50,468 bases of DNA from Opitutia bacterium (GCA_050506795.1 JBJHCF010000016.1:26736-77203), one strand, 5' to 3'. Shown: positions 28,539 through 38,069, counted from the stretch's first letter. The notes: a model not told the origin generated them from the sequence alone. Numbers and translations are program-made.

Positions 28539-28951
28539 GTTTGCTCCAATTGGCCGTTTTCCAGTTCCCGGTAGTCGTCCGGCTCCACGGGAGGGGGAGC
28601 GTTGCGGCGCTCGTACCGCTGATTGAGACGATGGAAGACGTAGAGGTTGAAGAAGTGCATGGCGCCGAGCACCAGAAGCACCACTCCGACCTTGCCGCTG
28701 ATGGCTTCGAATATACCTTCGATGGTCTCCGGACGAACTTTCAGCTTGAGAAACAGAGCGATAAAACCGGTGTTAATCAGGTAAAAGCCGACCACGAGCA
28801 GGTGGTTGACGGAATCGGCCAGGCCCTCGTCGCCACCAAAGCTGCGGACGAGGAACAATCGACCGTTCCGGTGCAAGGTGCGCGCCACCCAAATGGTCAT
28901 GGCGACGCTGATCAAGAGGTAGAGGGCGTAGGTGATAACGGTGGGATTCAT
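28535..28951 (-). CDS. Conserved 3-TM hypothetical membrane protein
   Basis: LADSVNHLLVVGFYLIN, LVLGAMHFFN; AAAGGA RBS before ATG 28951. Confidence 0.85.
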   Translation of the reverse strand: MNPTVITYALYLLISVAMTIWVARTLHRNGRLFLVRSFGGDEGLADSVNHLLVVGFYLINTGFIALFLKLKVRPETIEGIFEAISGKVGVVLLVLGAMHFFNLYVFHRLNQRYERRNAPPPVEPDDYRELENGQLEQT

Positions 28952-28986
28952 GACAGGTCCTTTCATTGGTTGTTGTTCTTATATCT

Positions 28987-29009
28987 CGAACTTTCGAGAA
29001 TTAGTGAAA
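28987..29009. promoter_or_regulatory. Putative GbsR/MarR operator
   Basis: CGAACTTTCGAGAATTAGTGAAA, 18/23 identical to the reverse complement of 29565-29587. Confidence 0.65.
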
Positions 29010-29049
29010 CTTAGCAATAAGCCTAAACTGGCGTGTGAACGGTCTACCG

Positions 29050-29559
29050 TTACAGTACTTTCAGAATGCGCGGGAGCACCCGGCTCTGTTCGGCGGCGGC
29101 CACCTTTTCCATAACGGTGTTGGCAAGGGAGACAAAATCGGAGAGAGCGGTCAGTTCCCGGCGAAATTCGCGGGCTTCGGGGGAGTCGTCCGTTTCGGTG
29201 TCGCGGATACACGCCTCCAGCACCTTCTGTGCGGGTTCCGTTTCGCGCCGCTTGCGCTCCCTGGCCACCATGCAGAATATCTTCCAGACGTCCTTCTCGG
29301 CCGCAAAGTACTCCCGGCGCTCACCGGGCCGCACCACCCGCTGCACCAGTCCCCAGTCGATCAGATCGCGGAGGTTGGTGTTGGCGTTCCCCCGGCTGAT
29401 ATTCAGCTCTTCCATGACCTCATCGGTGGAAAGTTCGCGCTCGGCCACCAACAGGAGCGCGTGAATCATCGCCATCGTCCGATTGATTCCCCACTGGCTG
29501 CCCAAAGCACCCCACTGGGTGATGAAACGCCGGCGCACACTCTGGAATTCTTGATTCAT
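29050..29559 (-). CDS. GbsR/MarR family transcriptional regulator
   Basis: FITQWGALGSQWGINRTMAMIHALL, ISRGNA, GERREYF.AEKD. Confidence 0.92.
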   Translation of the reverse strand: MNQEFQSVRRRFITQWGALGSQWGINRTMAMIHALLLVAERELSTDEVMEELNISRGNANTNLRDLIDWGLVQRVVRPGERREYFAAEKDVWKIFCMVARERKRRETEPAQKVLEACIRDTETDDSPEAREFRRELTALSDFVSLANTVMEKVAAAEQSRVLPRILKVL

Positions 29560-29564
29560 CTAAT

Positions 29565-29587
29565 TTTCAGTTTTTACCGAAAGTTCG
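29565..29587. promoter_or_regulatory. Putative GbsR/MarR autoregulatory operator
   Basis: TTTCAGTTTTTACCGAAAGTTCG, immediately upstream of the regulator ATG. Confidence 0.65.
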
Positions 29588-29658
29588 ATATAAATCAAGT
29601 AATAAATTATTTTTTCGGCCGCGCTTCCAGAAGGACCGGAGCTGCAAACCCAAACCGG

Positions 29659-30951
29659 TCAGGTCAACTGCCAGGGATCCCGGTAGGGAACATCCAGCCA
29701 CTCGGCGTTGCCGCTGCCGGCGAAGAATCGGTTTTCGACCGGATCCCAGGCGAAACGGCGCCCATGCCAGTAGGTCATATTGACCAAATGGCAGACGATG
29801 ACGCTCCGGGCCCCGACTTCGACATCGCAGATGGGTTTCTCGCGAGACCGGATGCAATCGAGCCAGTTCTGGAAATGGTCGTTGCTCTCATAGAGTCGGA
29901 TAGCATCGTCGGCCAGCGGTTCACGCCGTTTCTCCTCGGGCCGGATATCGATCGCTCCACGGTTCACGAAGATCTCTCCTTCATCCCCGTAAAAGGTGAT
30001 TCCGTTCCCCCCGAGATGGGTCACCTCCACCCCGTTCCGGTAGAAAAACCGCGCTCCGGTGGTCGCATTGCGATTTTCAGCCGGAATGAAATGCACCGGT
30101 CCGCTTTCGTCCATACCCAGGGCCCACTGCACGATGTCGAAGTGATGGGCGCCCCAGTCGGTGACCATTCCACCACCGTATTCCCGGTAGTGCCGCCAGT
30201 GCGGAAAATGTCCATGGACCCCTACCGGGCTCAGGTCCGCGTGCCACCCTCTCTCCGGCGCAGGCCCCAGCCAGAGATCCCAGTCCAGAGCATCCGGAGC
30301 TTCGGCCTCCGGGAGATCGCACCAACGCGCAATGCCCACTGGAAGAGCGACGTCCACCCGCTGAACGTTGCCGATCCGCCCGTTACGCACCCATTCACAA
30401 GCCATGCGAAACCGGATTTCCGAGCGCTGCTGACTGCCGGTCTGGAAGACGCGGCCGTGTTCCCGCATCACTTCGACCAGCCTCAGGGCTTCGTTTACGG
30501 ACTGGCACAAAGGTTTTTCGCAATAAATATCCTTTCCCGCGCGCGCCGCGGCGATGGCAATGAAGGCATGCCAGTGGTCGGGGGTGGCGATCACGACGGC
30601 GTCGATATCATCGCGCGCCAACAGTTCGCGAAAATCGCTGTAGGCCGCCACCCCGCTGTAACTGGAGGTCCCCGCGGCCTCGGCATAGCGCTCGTTGGCC
30701 AACCGTTGGGCATTGTCGCGCCGCGTGGCGTCGACGTCACAGACCGCGACCACCCGGGCATCGCTTTTACCCAGAAGTCCGCTGAGCAGGCCGCGTCCCT
30801 GAGTACCCATGCCGATGAATCCGACCTGAATCCGGTCGTTGGCCGCGCGCTCCGCCGCTCGGGCGAAGGACGGAATAATCAGAGGCGCGGTCAAGGCCAG
30901 CGCCGAGGATTTAAGGAAACGGCGACGCGAAAGGTGGTGTTTTTTAGTCAT
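29659..30951 (-). CDS. Tat-exported Gfo/Idh/MocA oxidoreductase
   Basis: SRRRFLK Tat motif, GMGTQG, ATPDHWH, YCEKP, DWGAHHFD. Confidence 0.93.
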   Translation of the reverse strand: MTKKHHLSRRRFLKSSALALTAPLIIPSFARAAERAANDRIQVGFIGMGTQGRGLLSGLLGKSDARVVAVCDVDATRRDNAQRLANERYAEAAGTSSYSGVAAYSDFRELLARDDIDAVVIATPDHWHAFIAIAAARAGKDIYCEKPLCQSVNEALRLVEVMREHGRVFQTGSQQRSEIRFRMACEWVRNGRIGNVQRVDVALPVGIARWCDLPEAEAPDALDWDLWLGPAPERGWHADLSPVGVHGHFPHWRHYREYGGGMVTDWGAHHFDIVQWALGMDESGPVHFIPAENRNATTGARFFYRNGVEVTHLGGNGITFYGDEGEIFVNRGAIDIRPEEKRREPLADDAIRLYESNDHFQNWLDCIRSREKPICDVEVGARSVIVCHLVNMTYWHGRRFAWDPVENRFFAGSGNAEWLDVPYRDPWQLT

Positions 30952-31049
30952 ATGGGAGGGTTAAGATTAGTATGTGGATAACTTGAAACGCCATTCCGGT
31001 CAACGCCGGTGTTCGGCATTCAAACGTATCCTGGTGCGAAACGCACGGC

Positions 31050-31087
31050 AATGGACCGGTTTGACCGATTAATGGATATTATCGACC
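31050..31087 (-). promoter_or_regulatory. AraC-type tandem direct repeats (21-bp period)
   Basis: Minus strand GGTCGATAATATCCATT and GGTCAAACCGGTCCATT. Confidence 0.7.
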
Positions 31088-32053
31088 TTCCCGATGTTCG
31101 AGTATCCGCCGAACAAACAGTCTCGGAGCCAGCCCGAAGGTACGCTTGAAAACCCGGGAGAAGTGGTAGGGATCGTCAAAAGATACCGCGTGGGCGGCCT
31201 CTTTAACCGAAGCATTGCGGAGAACCAGGAGTTCGGCGGCCCGGTTCATTTTCAGGCGAATGAGCAACTGGTAGGGCGTCTCGCCGCAGTGTTCGCGAAA
31301 AAGGCGGCACATGTAGGACGGATCGAGATGGCAGGCCGAGGCGATCGCTTCAACGGTACGAATGGAGGCGAAATGGTTTTCCGCGTAGCGGCGGCACCGA
31401 CGGTAGGCCTCGTTGGCGGGAGTTGCCGGATGCCGATTGCCCCCCGCTTCCTCTCGAATACGAAGGAGGAGAAATTCGGTAAGGTGGGCCGCCATTTCGG
31501 CGGCGGAAGCCGGAGAAGAGCCGGCGCAATCCAGAAGCTGGTCGAGAATCTCCTGAATGCGATGAGGGGCGCCTAGGTAGGCCGGAGTTCCGTCCGCGAT
31601 CCGGCAGCGGGCCAGCAGCGGGCCCGCACGGCGACCGGAAAAATCGACGAAGTACTTGATCAGGTCGCAGGAGTCGTCTTTCTCTCGTCCCGAACGGTGT
31701 CCCGCCTTTCGTTCAGTGCGTTTCGCCGCCACTCCGGAGCCTGGCCCTCCGGAGCACTGAATCGCCTGAAGTTCGAAGCGGGTTGCCGGGGTGTAACCGA
31801 AAACCGCGCCCGGCTCCAGGGTGTGTTCCCGTCCGTTGACGCGCAAACACCACCGTCCCGAGGCGATGTACTCGAAGGCGTGATAACGAAAACCCGAACG
31901 AACCAGGTGAAAGTCCGGCGAACAGTCCTCCCGGCCCGCGAAGTTGACCGTAAGGTCGGGGTTATCCGGCCCGGAGTCCAAATCGCCAAAGAGGTACCGT
32001 CCCGAGAGGACCTGCTTTGAGATAAACCCTGGATATGGGAGGGCGCCGGACAT
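31079..32053 (-). CDS. AraC family transcriptional regulator
   Basis: C-terminal double HTH (YMCRLF...TPYQ...SFDDPYHFSRVFKRTFGLAP). Confidence 0.92.
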   Translation of the reverse strand: MSGALPYPGFISKQVLSGRYLFGDLDSGPDNPDLTVNFAGREDCSPDFHLVRSGFRYHAFEYIASGRWCLRVNGREHTLEPGAVFGYTPATRFELQAIQCSGGPGSGVAAKRTERKAGHRSGREKDDSCDLIKYFVDFSGRRAGPLLARCRIADGTPAYLGAPHRIQEILDQLLDCAGSSPASAAEMAAHLTEFLLLRIREEAGGNRHPATPANEAYRRCRRYAENHFASIRTVEAIASACHLDPSYMCRLFREHCGETPYQLLIRLKMNRAAELLVLRNASVKEAAHAVSFDDPYHFSRVFKRTFGLAPRLFVRRILEHREGR

Positions 32054-32062
32054 ACAAGGTGG

Positions 32063-32100
32063 TGTCAAGAATATCCATTAAGCTGTCAAGCTTGTCCATT
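32063..32100 (+). promoter_or_regulatory. AraC-type tandem direct repeats (21-bp period)
   Basis: TGTCAAGAATATCCATT (32063) and TGTCAAGCTTGTCCATT (32084). Confidence 0.75.
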
Positions 32101-32182
32101 CTTGTCGGCGGTGGGCGCGAGTATTCTTATGCTCCGCCTCACTCGTGGAGATTCCGAATTCCGCGCCTGGCGCGCATTCCAC

Positions 32183-33130
32183 ATGAAATACCGTTCTCTC
32201 GGCAAAACCGGCTTAAATGTGTCCGTCCTCGGTTTCGGCGGCTCCTCCCTGGGGTCAGTCTTCCGGCCGATCGACGAAAGTGAGGGCATCCGCGCGGTCC
32301 ACGTGGCGATCGAACACGGCGTCAACTTGATCGACACCGCGCCCTATTACGGTCACACCCGCGCCGAAACAGTGCTGGGGAAAGCGCTGCGGGGGGTGCC
32401 CCGGGAAAGCTATTACCTTGCGACCAAGGTCGGGAGGTATGGCGACGGGCCGGAGAACTTCGATTTTTCCGCCGAGCGAACCCTGCAAAGCGTGGACGAA
32501 AGCCTGCAGCGATTGGGGGTCGATTTTGTTGACTTCATCCAGATCCACGACATCGAGTTCGGCTCGATCGACCAGATCGTGGAGGAAACGATCCCTGCGC
32601 TTCACCGGGTACGGGATGCCGGGAAGGCGCGTTTCATTGGGATTACCGGTTTGCCCCTCGGGATCTTCCGCCTCGTCCTGGAGCGCACCCCGGTCGACCA
32701 GATCCAATCCTATTGCCACTACTGCCTGAACGACACCTCGCTGGCGGATCTGCTGCCCGACCTCAGGGAACGCGAAATCGCGGTATTTAATTCAGCTCCG
32801 CTGGCCATGCGCCTTCTGAGCGGAGGGCAACTGCCGGACTGGCATCCGGCGCCCGCGGTCCTCAGGAAAAAATGCGCCGAAGCCGCGGCACATTGCCGCA
32901 AAAGAGGATCGTCGCTGGCGAAGCTGGCGCTCCAGTTTTCCATCGCCAACCCCGACATTCCGGTCAACATCGTCGGAACAGCAAGCCCGGAAAGTGTCAT
33001 GCGGAATATTCGCGATATTGAAGAACCGATTGATGAGAAACTACTGGCTGAGGTCTTAGACATCCTGCGGCCGGTCCACAATCTATCCTGGCCTTCCGGC
33101 TTGCCTGAAAACCAGGCTGTTTCCTTCTGA
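32183..33130 (+). CDS. Aldo/keto reductase, L-galactose/L-fucose dehydrogenase-like
   Basis: LGFGGSSLGSVF, DTAPYYG, TKVGRY, IQIHDIEF, GITGLPL, SYCHY, WHPAP. Confidence 0.9.
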   Translation: MKYRSLGKTGLNVSVLGFGGSSLGSVFRPIDESEGIRAVHVAIEHGVNLIDTAPYYGHTRAETVLGKALRGVPRESYYLATKVGRYGDGPENFDFSAERTLQSVDESLQRLGVDFVDFIQIHDIEFGSIDQIVEETIPALHRVRDAGKARFIGITGLPLGIFRLVLERTPVDQIQSYCHYCLNDTSLADLLPDLREREIAVFNSAPLAMRLLSGGQLPDWHPAPAVLRKKCAEAAAHCRKRGSSLAKLALQFSIANPDIPVNIVGTASPESVMRNIRDIEEPIDEKLLAEVLDILRPVHNLSWPSGLPENQAVSF

Positions 33131-33163
33131 CCGGCCGATTATTAAACCCATCCCAGGCGAACC

Positions 33164-34561
33164 ATGACCACTGATCCCGCTGGAACAACACCTTCTTCCG
33201 AGAAGCGCGTGCCGCTGCTGCGACGCGAATACCTCCTGCCGTTCATACTGCTGACGATTTGCTTTCCCGCCTGGGCGGTGGCCAACAACATGACCGACCC
33301 GCTGGTGCGGACCTTCAGCCGGATCTTCACGATGTCGACTTTCCAGTCGTCGCTGGTGCAGTTCTCGTTCTACGGCGCCTACTTCTGCCTGGCGATTCCC
33401 GCCGCCATCCTGATCAAACGCTACACCTACAAGACGGGGGTGCTGGTCGGTCTGGGGCTCTTCATCGTGGGGGCGTTGCTGTTTTTCCCCGCCAGCCGCC
33501 TGATGGAGTTCAATTTCTTTCTCATGGCAATCTTCGTTCTGGCCGGCGGGCTGTCGGTCCTGGAGACCAGTTGCAACCCCTACATCATCGCGATGGGCGA
33601 CGAAAAAACGGCCACCCGGCGCTTGAACCTTGCCCAGGCCTTCAACCCGGTGGGCGCCGTTCTCGGCACCATGTTGGCGGGTTTTCTAATCCTGCCGAAG
33701 ATCAATCCTCTGACCGACGCCGAGCGTGCGGTTCTGTCGATGGAGGAGATCCGGGAGATTCGCGGCGAGGAGTTGGCCGCGGTCATGGGTCCGTACCTTG
33801 GCATGGCAGTGGCCCTGATCTTCCTCTGGCTGGCGATCGCCATCGTGCGCATGCCGAAGGCCTCGGACGCCGGCCCGGCCATCAATTTCTCACCGACCGT
33901 GGGACGCCTGCTCAAGAACCCGCACTACTCCTTCGGCGTGGTCGCCCAATTCTTCTACGTGGCGGCGCAGATCTGTGTGTGGACCTTTACGATCTACTAC
34001 GTGGCGGATATCGTCGATGACGGAGGAGGAGAACCCTTGCTCGGCTTCCTGGAGGCCACCGGGATCATCGGCCTTGTGCAGGGGATCCGGTTGATCCAGC
34101 CCGACCAGGTGATGACCGGCGAAACCGTGGCCGGCATTTTCCACGTTTGCGCGTTGTTCGTGTTCCTTATTTTCCGCTTCGTCTGCACCGGCCTGATGCA
34201 CCTGATACGCCCGAGCGCCATGCTGCTTTTCATGGCTGTCCTGGCCATGGTGCTGTCGCTGGTGGTGATAGGCTCCCCCAACCTGCTCGGAGTGTTGGCC
34301 CTTATCTCCATCTCCGGATGCATGTCTCTGATGTTCCCCACCATCTACGGCATCGCTCTGCATGGTTTGAAAGAGGACACCAAACTCGGCGCGGCCGGGC
34401 TGATCATGGCCATTCTCGGCGGGGCGCTGTTCCCCCTGCTGCAAGGAGCCCTGGTGGATGCGTTGGGGGCGCCTTTATCCTATGTGGTGCCCCTGTTCTG
34501 CTTCGCGGTGGTGGCGGCGTACGCGATGTTCGACCTGAAAGGCAAACGATCGTTTTCCTGA
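33164..34561 (+). CDS. fucP: L-fucose:H+ symporter family MFS permease
   Basis: LETSCNPY, RRLNLAQAFNP.G, QFFYVAAQ, MSLMFPTIYG. Confidence 0.88.
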   Translation: MTTDPAGTTPSSEKRVPLLRREYLLPFILLTICFPAWAVANNMTDPLVRTFSRIFTMSTFQSSLVQFSFYGAYFCLAIPAAILIKRYTYKTGVLVGLGLFIVGALLFFPASRLMEFNFFLMAIFVLAGGLSVLETSCNPYIIAMGDEKTATRRLNLAQAFNPVGAVLGTMLAGFLILPKINPLTDAERAVLSMEEIREIRGEELAAVMGPYLGMAVALIFLWLAIAIVRMPKASDAGPAINFSPTVGRLLKNPHYSFGVVAQFFYVAAQICVWTFTIYYVADIVDDGGGEPLLGFLEATGIIGLVQGIRLIQPDQVMTGETVAGIFHVCALFVFLIFRFVCTGLMHLIRPSAMLLFMAVLAMVLSLVVIGSPNLLGVLALISISGCMSLMFPTIYGIALHGLKEDTKLGAAGLIMAILGGALFPLLQGALVDALGAPLSYVVPLFCFAVVAAYAMFDLKGKRSFS

Positions 34562-34739
34562 CCGCGATTTTCACCTCACCAGGTCACAATCCGGGAATTG
34601 GAACCCCGCGGTCAATGCTCTCCTGAGCCGAACGCGACATACCCGTTCGCCAATCGGGTCCCGGGTTCAGCCTGAAGTTCTTTTCGCTGGCAAGATCTCC
34701 CGGAATCCGGGTTGACATCGCCGCCTCTGTTTTAAAACA

Positions 34740-34755
34740 TACCAACCGGTTTGTA
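34740..34755. promoter_or_regulatory. Palindromic operator candidate upstream of the yciI-ECF operon
   Basis: TACCAACCGGTTTGTA (7/8 pairs), downstream of TTGACA at 34712. Confidence 0.55.
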
Positions 34756-34787
34756 CGAACCCTGAAACTCTCAACCCGGGAAACGCA

Positions 34788-35195
34788 ATGCCATCCGACC
34801 AGACACCCACCGAGTACATGGTCCTCTTTCGCAGCACGGACTGGAACAAGGAACTGTCGCTTGAGGAAATGCGGGCGGTCATGGACAAGACCTACGCCTG
34901 GTTCGACCGGCTGCGACAGGAGGGAAGACTCAAAGCGGCGCAGCCGCTTTTCGCCGAGGGGAAGATTGTTTCGGGGCGCGGCAAGCGCACCGTCACCGAT
35001 GGCCCCTTCGCGGAGTCCAAGGAAACCGTCGGCGGCTACCTCCTGCTGACGGTGGACACCATGGAGGAAGCCCTGAAGATCGCCCGGGAGTGGCCGCTGC
35101 TGGATTGCGGTTCCACCCTGGAAGTGCGTCCGGTGGCTCCGGAATGTCCCGATTTTTACAATCTGCGCCGGCAAATGACCGAAGCGCCGGCCTGA
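34788..35195 (+). CDS. YciI/DGPF domain protein
   Basis: TDGPFAESKETVGGY, EVRP. Confidence 0.92.
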   Translation: MPSDQTPTEYMVLFRSTDWNKELSLEEMRAVMDKTYAWFDRLRQEGRLKAAQPLFAEGKIVSGRGKRTVTDGPFAESKETVGGYLLLTVDTMEEALKIAREWPLLDCGSTLEVRPVAPECPDFYNLRRQMTEAPA

Positions 35196-35242
35196 GTTTG
35201 TCGTCCGGTTCTTTTTGTCGCAAAAACGGTTACGGAGGGGAA

Positions 35243-36541
35243 ATGGCGGAAAAAACGGGGAGAGCTTCCCGCGACAAAGCTTCGGCGGCGGGTATCGCGG
35301 AACGGCTGTTTCGTCGCGAGGCGGGAAGACTCGTTTCCATCCTGACCGGCATCTTCGGCGTCCGCCGCCTGCATTTGGCCGAAGATGTGGTGCAAGAAGC
35401 CATGGTCCGCGCGCTGAAGACCTGGCCGCTTCACGGAATCCCCGACAATCCCGAGGCCTGGCTCATGCAAACCGCCCGGAACCTCGCGATTGACCGCATC
35501 CGCCGGGAAAATCGTTTTCAACACAAACAGCCGGAAATCGTCACTTACCTGGAACAGCGGATGCCGGATGGCGGCACCCCACCCGACGCCCGCTTCGAAA
35601 GCGAGATTCACGACGCGCGCCTGCGGCTCATGTTCGCCTGCTGCCACCCCAGCCTTCCGATCGAGATGCAGGCCGCCCTGGCCCTGAAGGTGCTGGGCGG
35701 TTTAAGTCCCCGCGAAATCGCCCACGCCTACCTGACCAGCGAAGCGGCCATCGCCAAAAGACTGACCCGCGCCCGCCGGCGCCTCCAGGAGGACCGAATC
35801 CCCTTCGAAGTTCCTTCCGGCCCCGATCTTTCGCCGCGACTCGAAGGCGTCCTCCATACCATTTATCTGATATTCAATGAGGGTTACAAAGCCAGCGGCG
35901 GCGAACGCATCGTGCGCCAAGAGTTGTGTGAGGAAGCCATTCGCCTGGGCGCCCTGCTGGTGGATCATCCGTTGACAGCCCAACCGCGCGTCCATGCCTT
36001 GTTGGCCCTGATGCTTTTTAACGGCGCCCGCCTGCCGGCGCGAACGAACGCCGCCGGCGACATCCTGCGCCTGCACGAGCAGAACCGCTCGCTTTGGCGC
36101 CTTCCCATGATCCAGCGGGGGGTCAATCACCTCGCTCTTTCCGCCTCGGGAGACGAAGTCAGCGAATACCACCTCGAGGCGGGCATCGCCGCCTGCCACT
36201 GCCTGGCCTCGGACAACGGCTCAACCGACTGGCGGCGTATTCTATCCCTTTACGACCAACTGGCGGAGATGAACGATTCCCCAATCATCGCGCTGAACCG
36301 GGCAGTCGCCGTGGCCAGGGTCCACGGCCCGGCCCGCGGTATCGCGGCACTGGAAGGAGTACTCGACCGCTCGCCGATTGATACCTACTACCTCACCCAC
36401 GCCGTCCTGGGCGATCTCGAACGGCAACGGAATCGCAACGTCGTCGCCGCCGACCATTTTCGCTATGCGTTGAGGCTCACCGACGTGCCCTCGGAACGGG
36501 TTTTCCTGACTCAAAGGCTGAAGGAATGCGGGACCACCTAA
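35243..36541 (+). CDS. ECF sigma factor with C-terminal extension (ECF42-like)
   Basis: AEDVVQEA, AWL...RN.AID, LRLMFACCHP, YLIFNEGY, LNRAVA; GGAGG RBS. Confidence 0.92.
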   Translation: MAEKTGRASRDKASAAGIAERLFRREAGRLVSILTGIFGVRRLHLAEDVVQEAMVRALKTWPLHGIPDNPEAWLMQTARNLAIDRIRRENRFQHKQPEIVTYLEQRMPDGGTPPDARFESEIHDARLRLMFACCHPSLPIEMQAALALKVLGGLSPREIAHAYLTSEAAIAKRLTRARRRLQEDRIPFEVPSGPDLSPRLEGVLHTIYLIFNEGYKASGGERIVRQELCEEAIRLGALLVDHPLTAQPRVHALLALMLFNGARLPARTNAAGDILRLHEQNRSLWRLPMIQRGVNHLALSASGDEVSEYHLEAGIAACHCLASDNGSTDWRRILSLYDQLAEMNDSPIIALNRAVAVARVHGPARGIAALEGVLDRSPIDTYYLTHAVLGDLERQRNRNVVAADHFRYALRLTDVPSERVFLTQRLKECGTT

Positions 36542-36644
36542 AAAAATAAAAGCAGGTGTCCTTTCCCGCCATTCCCATTCGTTCATTCCATTGTCTGACC
36601 GCGCTCGGCCGCCAGGAGGAGTGGAAGAAAACCCGACAGGAATT

Positions 36645-37181
36645 ATGAAGAACATTGGAAATACAACGGACCGCCCGGAGGCGTTATTCGTGATCGATCG
36701 ACCACTCAAGGCGTCACCGGAACGGGTGTACCGCGTTTGGACGGAAAACGACCGCCTCAAGAAGTGGTGGGGACCGAAGGACTTCGAAATCAGGTCTTGC
36801 AGTCTCGACTTTCGCCGTGGCGGTATCTTCCTCTACTGCCTGCGCGATCCGGACGGCGAGGAGATGTGGGGGAAGTGGGTGATCACTCAAATTATCCCCA
36901 ACCGCAGATTGGAGTTTATCGTATCGTTTTGCGACGAATCGGGGGGCGAACCGATCCGGCACCCATACGAGCCGAAATGGCCGCTCGAAGTGGCCACCGA
37001 AATCACCTTTGAAGCCAACGGGGCAGGAACCCGGGTCGAAGTGCGGTGGCTGCCGTTGAATGCCACGCCCGCGGAGGAAAAAGTCTTTATTGCCGGACAC
37101 GACGCCTGCCGGGTCGGTTGGACGGGAACCCTCGACAAACTGGAAGGCCACCTGCTGGAGGAAGGAAAGATCGCCTTATGA
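36645..37181 (+). CDS. SRPBCC/AHSA1 domain protein
   Basis: PERVYRVWT...WWGPKDF, DFRRGG, GWTGTLDKL. Confidence 0.9.
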   Translation: MKNIGNTTDRPEALFVIDRPLKASPERVYRVWTENDRLKKWWGPKDFEIRSCSLDFRRGGIFLYCLRDPDGEEMWGKWVITQIIPNRRLEFIVSFCDESGGEPIRHPYEPKWPLEVATEITFEANGAGTRVEVRWLPLNATPAEEKVFIAGHDACRVGWTGTLDKLEGHLLEEGKIAL

Positions 37182-37567
37182 AAATCGCCGTAATCATTGT
37201 GCGCGTCCTGATGGGACTGCTTTTTTTCTTCGCCTCCGTCGCCTTCTTTTTCGACCTGGTGGAGGCGCAGGAAATGGAGGGTGACGTCCTCCTCTTCAAT
37301 CAGGGCATGGCGGCGTCAGGCTACCTGTTCCCGTTGGTGAAAACCATCGAACTGGTGTGCGGCCTCGCGTTCCTGTCGGGCTTCTTCCTGCCGCTGGCTA
37401 CCGTGGTCATGTTTCCCATCACGGTGAACATCTTCCTCTTTCACCTGTTTCTGGCCCCCGACGGCCTGCCCGTAGCCATATTCGCGCTCGCCGCCAACCT
37501 GTTCCTCGCCTTCGCCTGCCGCAGGCACTACCGGGAGTTGTGGTCACTCAAGGCCCGCTTGCCCTGA
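37178..37567 (+). CDS. DoxX family membrane protein
   Basis: RVLMGL.F, SGYLFPLVKTIELVCG, PITVNIFLFH. Confidence 0.88.
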   Translation: MKIAVIIVRVLMGLLFFFASVAFFFDLVEAQEMEGDVLLFNQGMAASGYLFPLVKTIELVCGLAFLSGFFLPLATVVMFPITVNIFLFHLFLAPDGLPVAIFALAANLFLAFACRRHYRELWSLKARLP

Positions 37568-37607
37568 TTTTTCAACACACATCGTGCAACCCAACATCAC
37601 ACCACTC

Positions 37608-38069
37608 ATGAGTACAATACACCACCAGCCCAAAGGTTACCACACGGTAACTCCTTACATCACGGTCAAAGACGCCCCCGGACTTATCGAATTCATCAAA
37701 CGGGTTTTTCGGGGCGAGGAACTCGAACGCATCGATCAAACAGACGGCCGCATCATGCACGCGGAGGTTCGTATCGGCGACTCGCCCATCATGATCAGCG
37801 AAGCCTGCGATCAGATGGGACCCATGCCGGCCTCGCTCTATCTCTATGTGAAGGACGCCGACACCGTGTACCGCGGTGCACTCGAAGCCGGAGCGGCTTC
37901 GGTCATGGAGCCGGCGGACATGTTTTGGGGCGATCGATTCAGCAGCGTGAAGGACCCGTGGGGCAACACCTGGTCGATCGCCACCCACGCCGAAGATGTG
38001 CCGTCCGGGGAGCTCGAAAAACGCGCCCGCTCCTTCGCCGAAGAAATGGCGGCGGAGCATGGCGGTTAA
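37608..38069 (+). CDS. VOC/glyoxalase family (PhnB-like) protein
   Basis: VTPYI.V, IMHAEVRIGDS, DMFWGDR...KDPWGN.W. Confidence 0.92.
   Translation: MSTIHHQPKGYHTVTPYITVKDAPGLIEFIKRVFRGEELERIDQTDGRIMHAEVRIGDSPIMISEACDQMGPMPASLYLYVKDADTVYRGALEAGAASVMEPADMFWGDRFSSVKDPWGNTWSIATHAEDVPSGELEKRARSFAEEMAAEHGG

Noticed and set aside
29035..30981. 648-aa plus-strand ORF and other long antisense ORFs (38-1336, 2892-4385, 8876-10405, 11611-13038, 22255-23529)
   Set aside because: Shadow frames of clearly recognisable genes in GC-rich DNA, with no motifs of their own.
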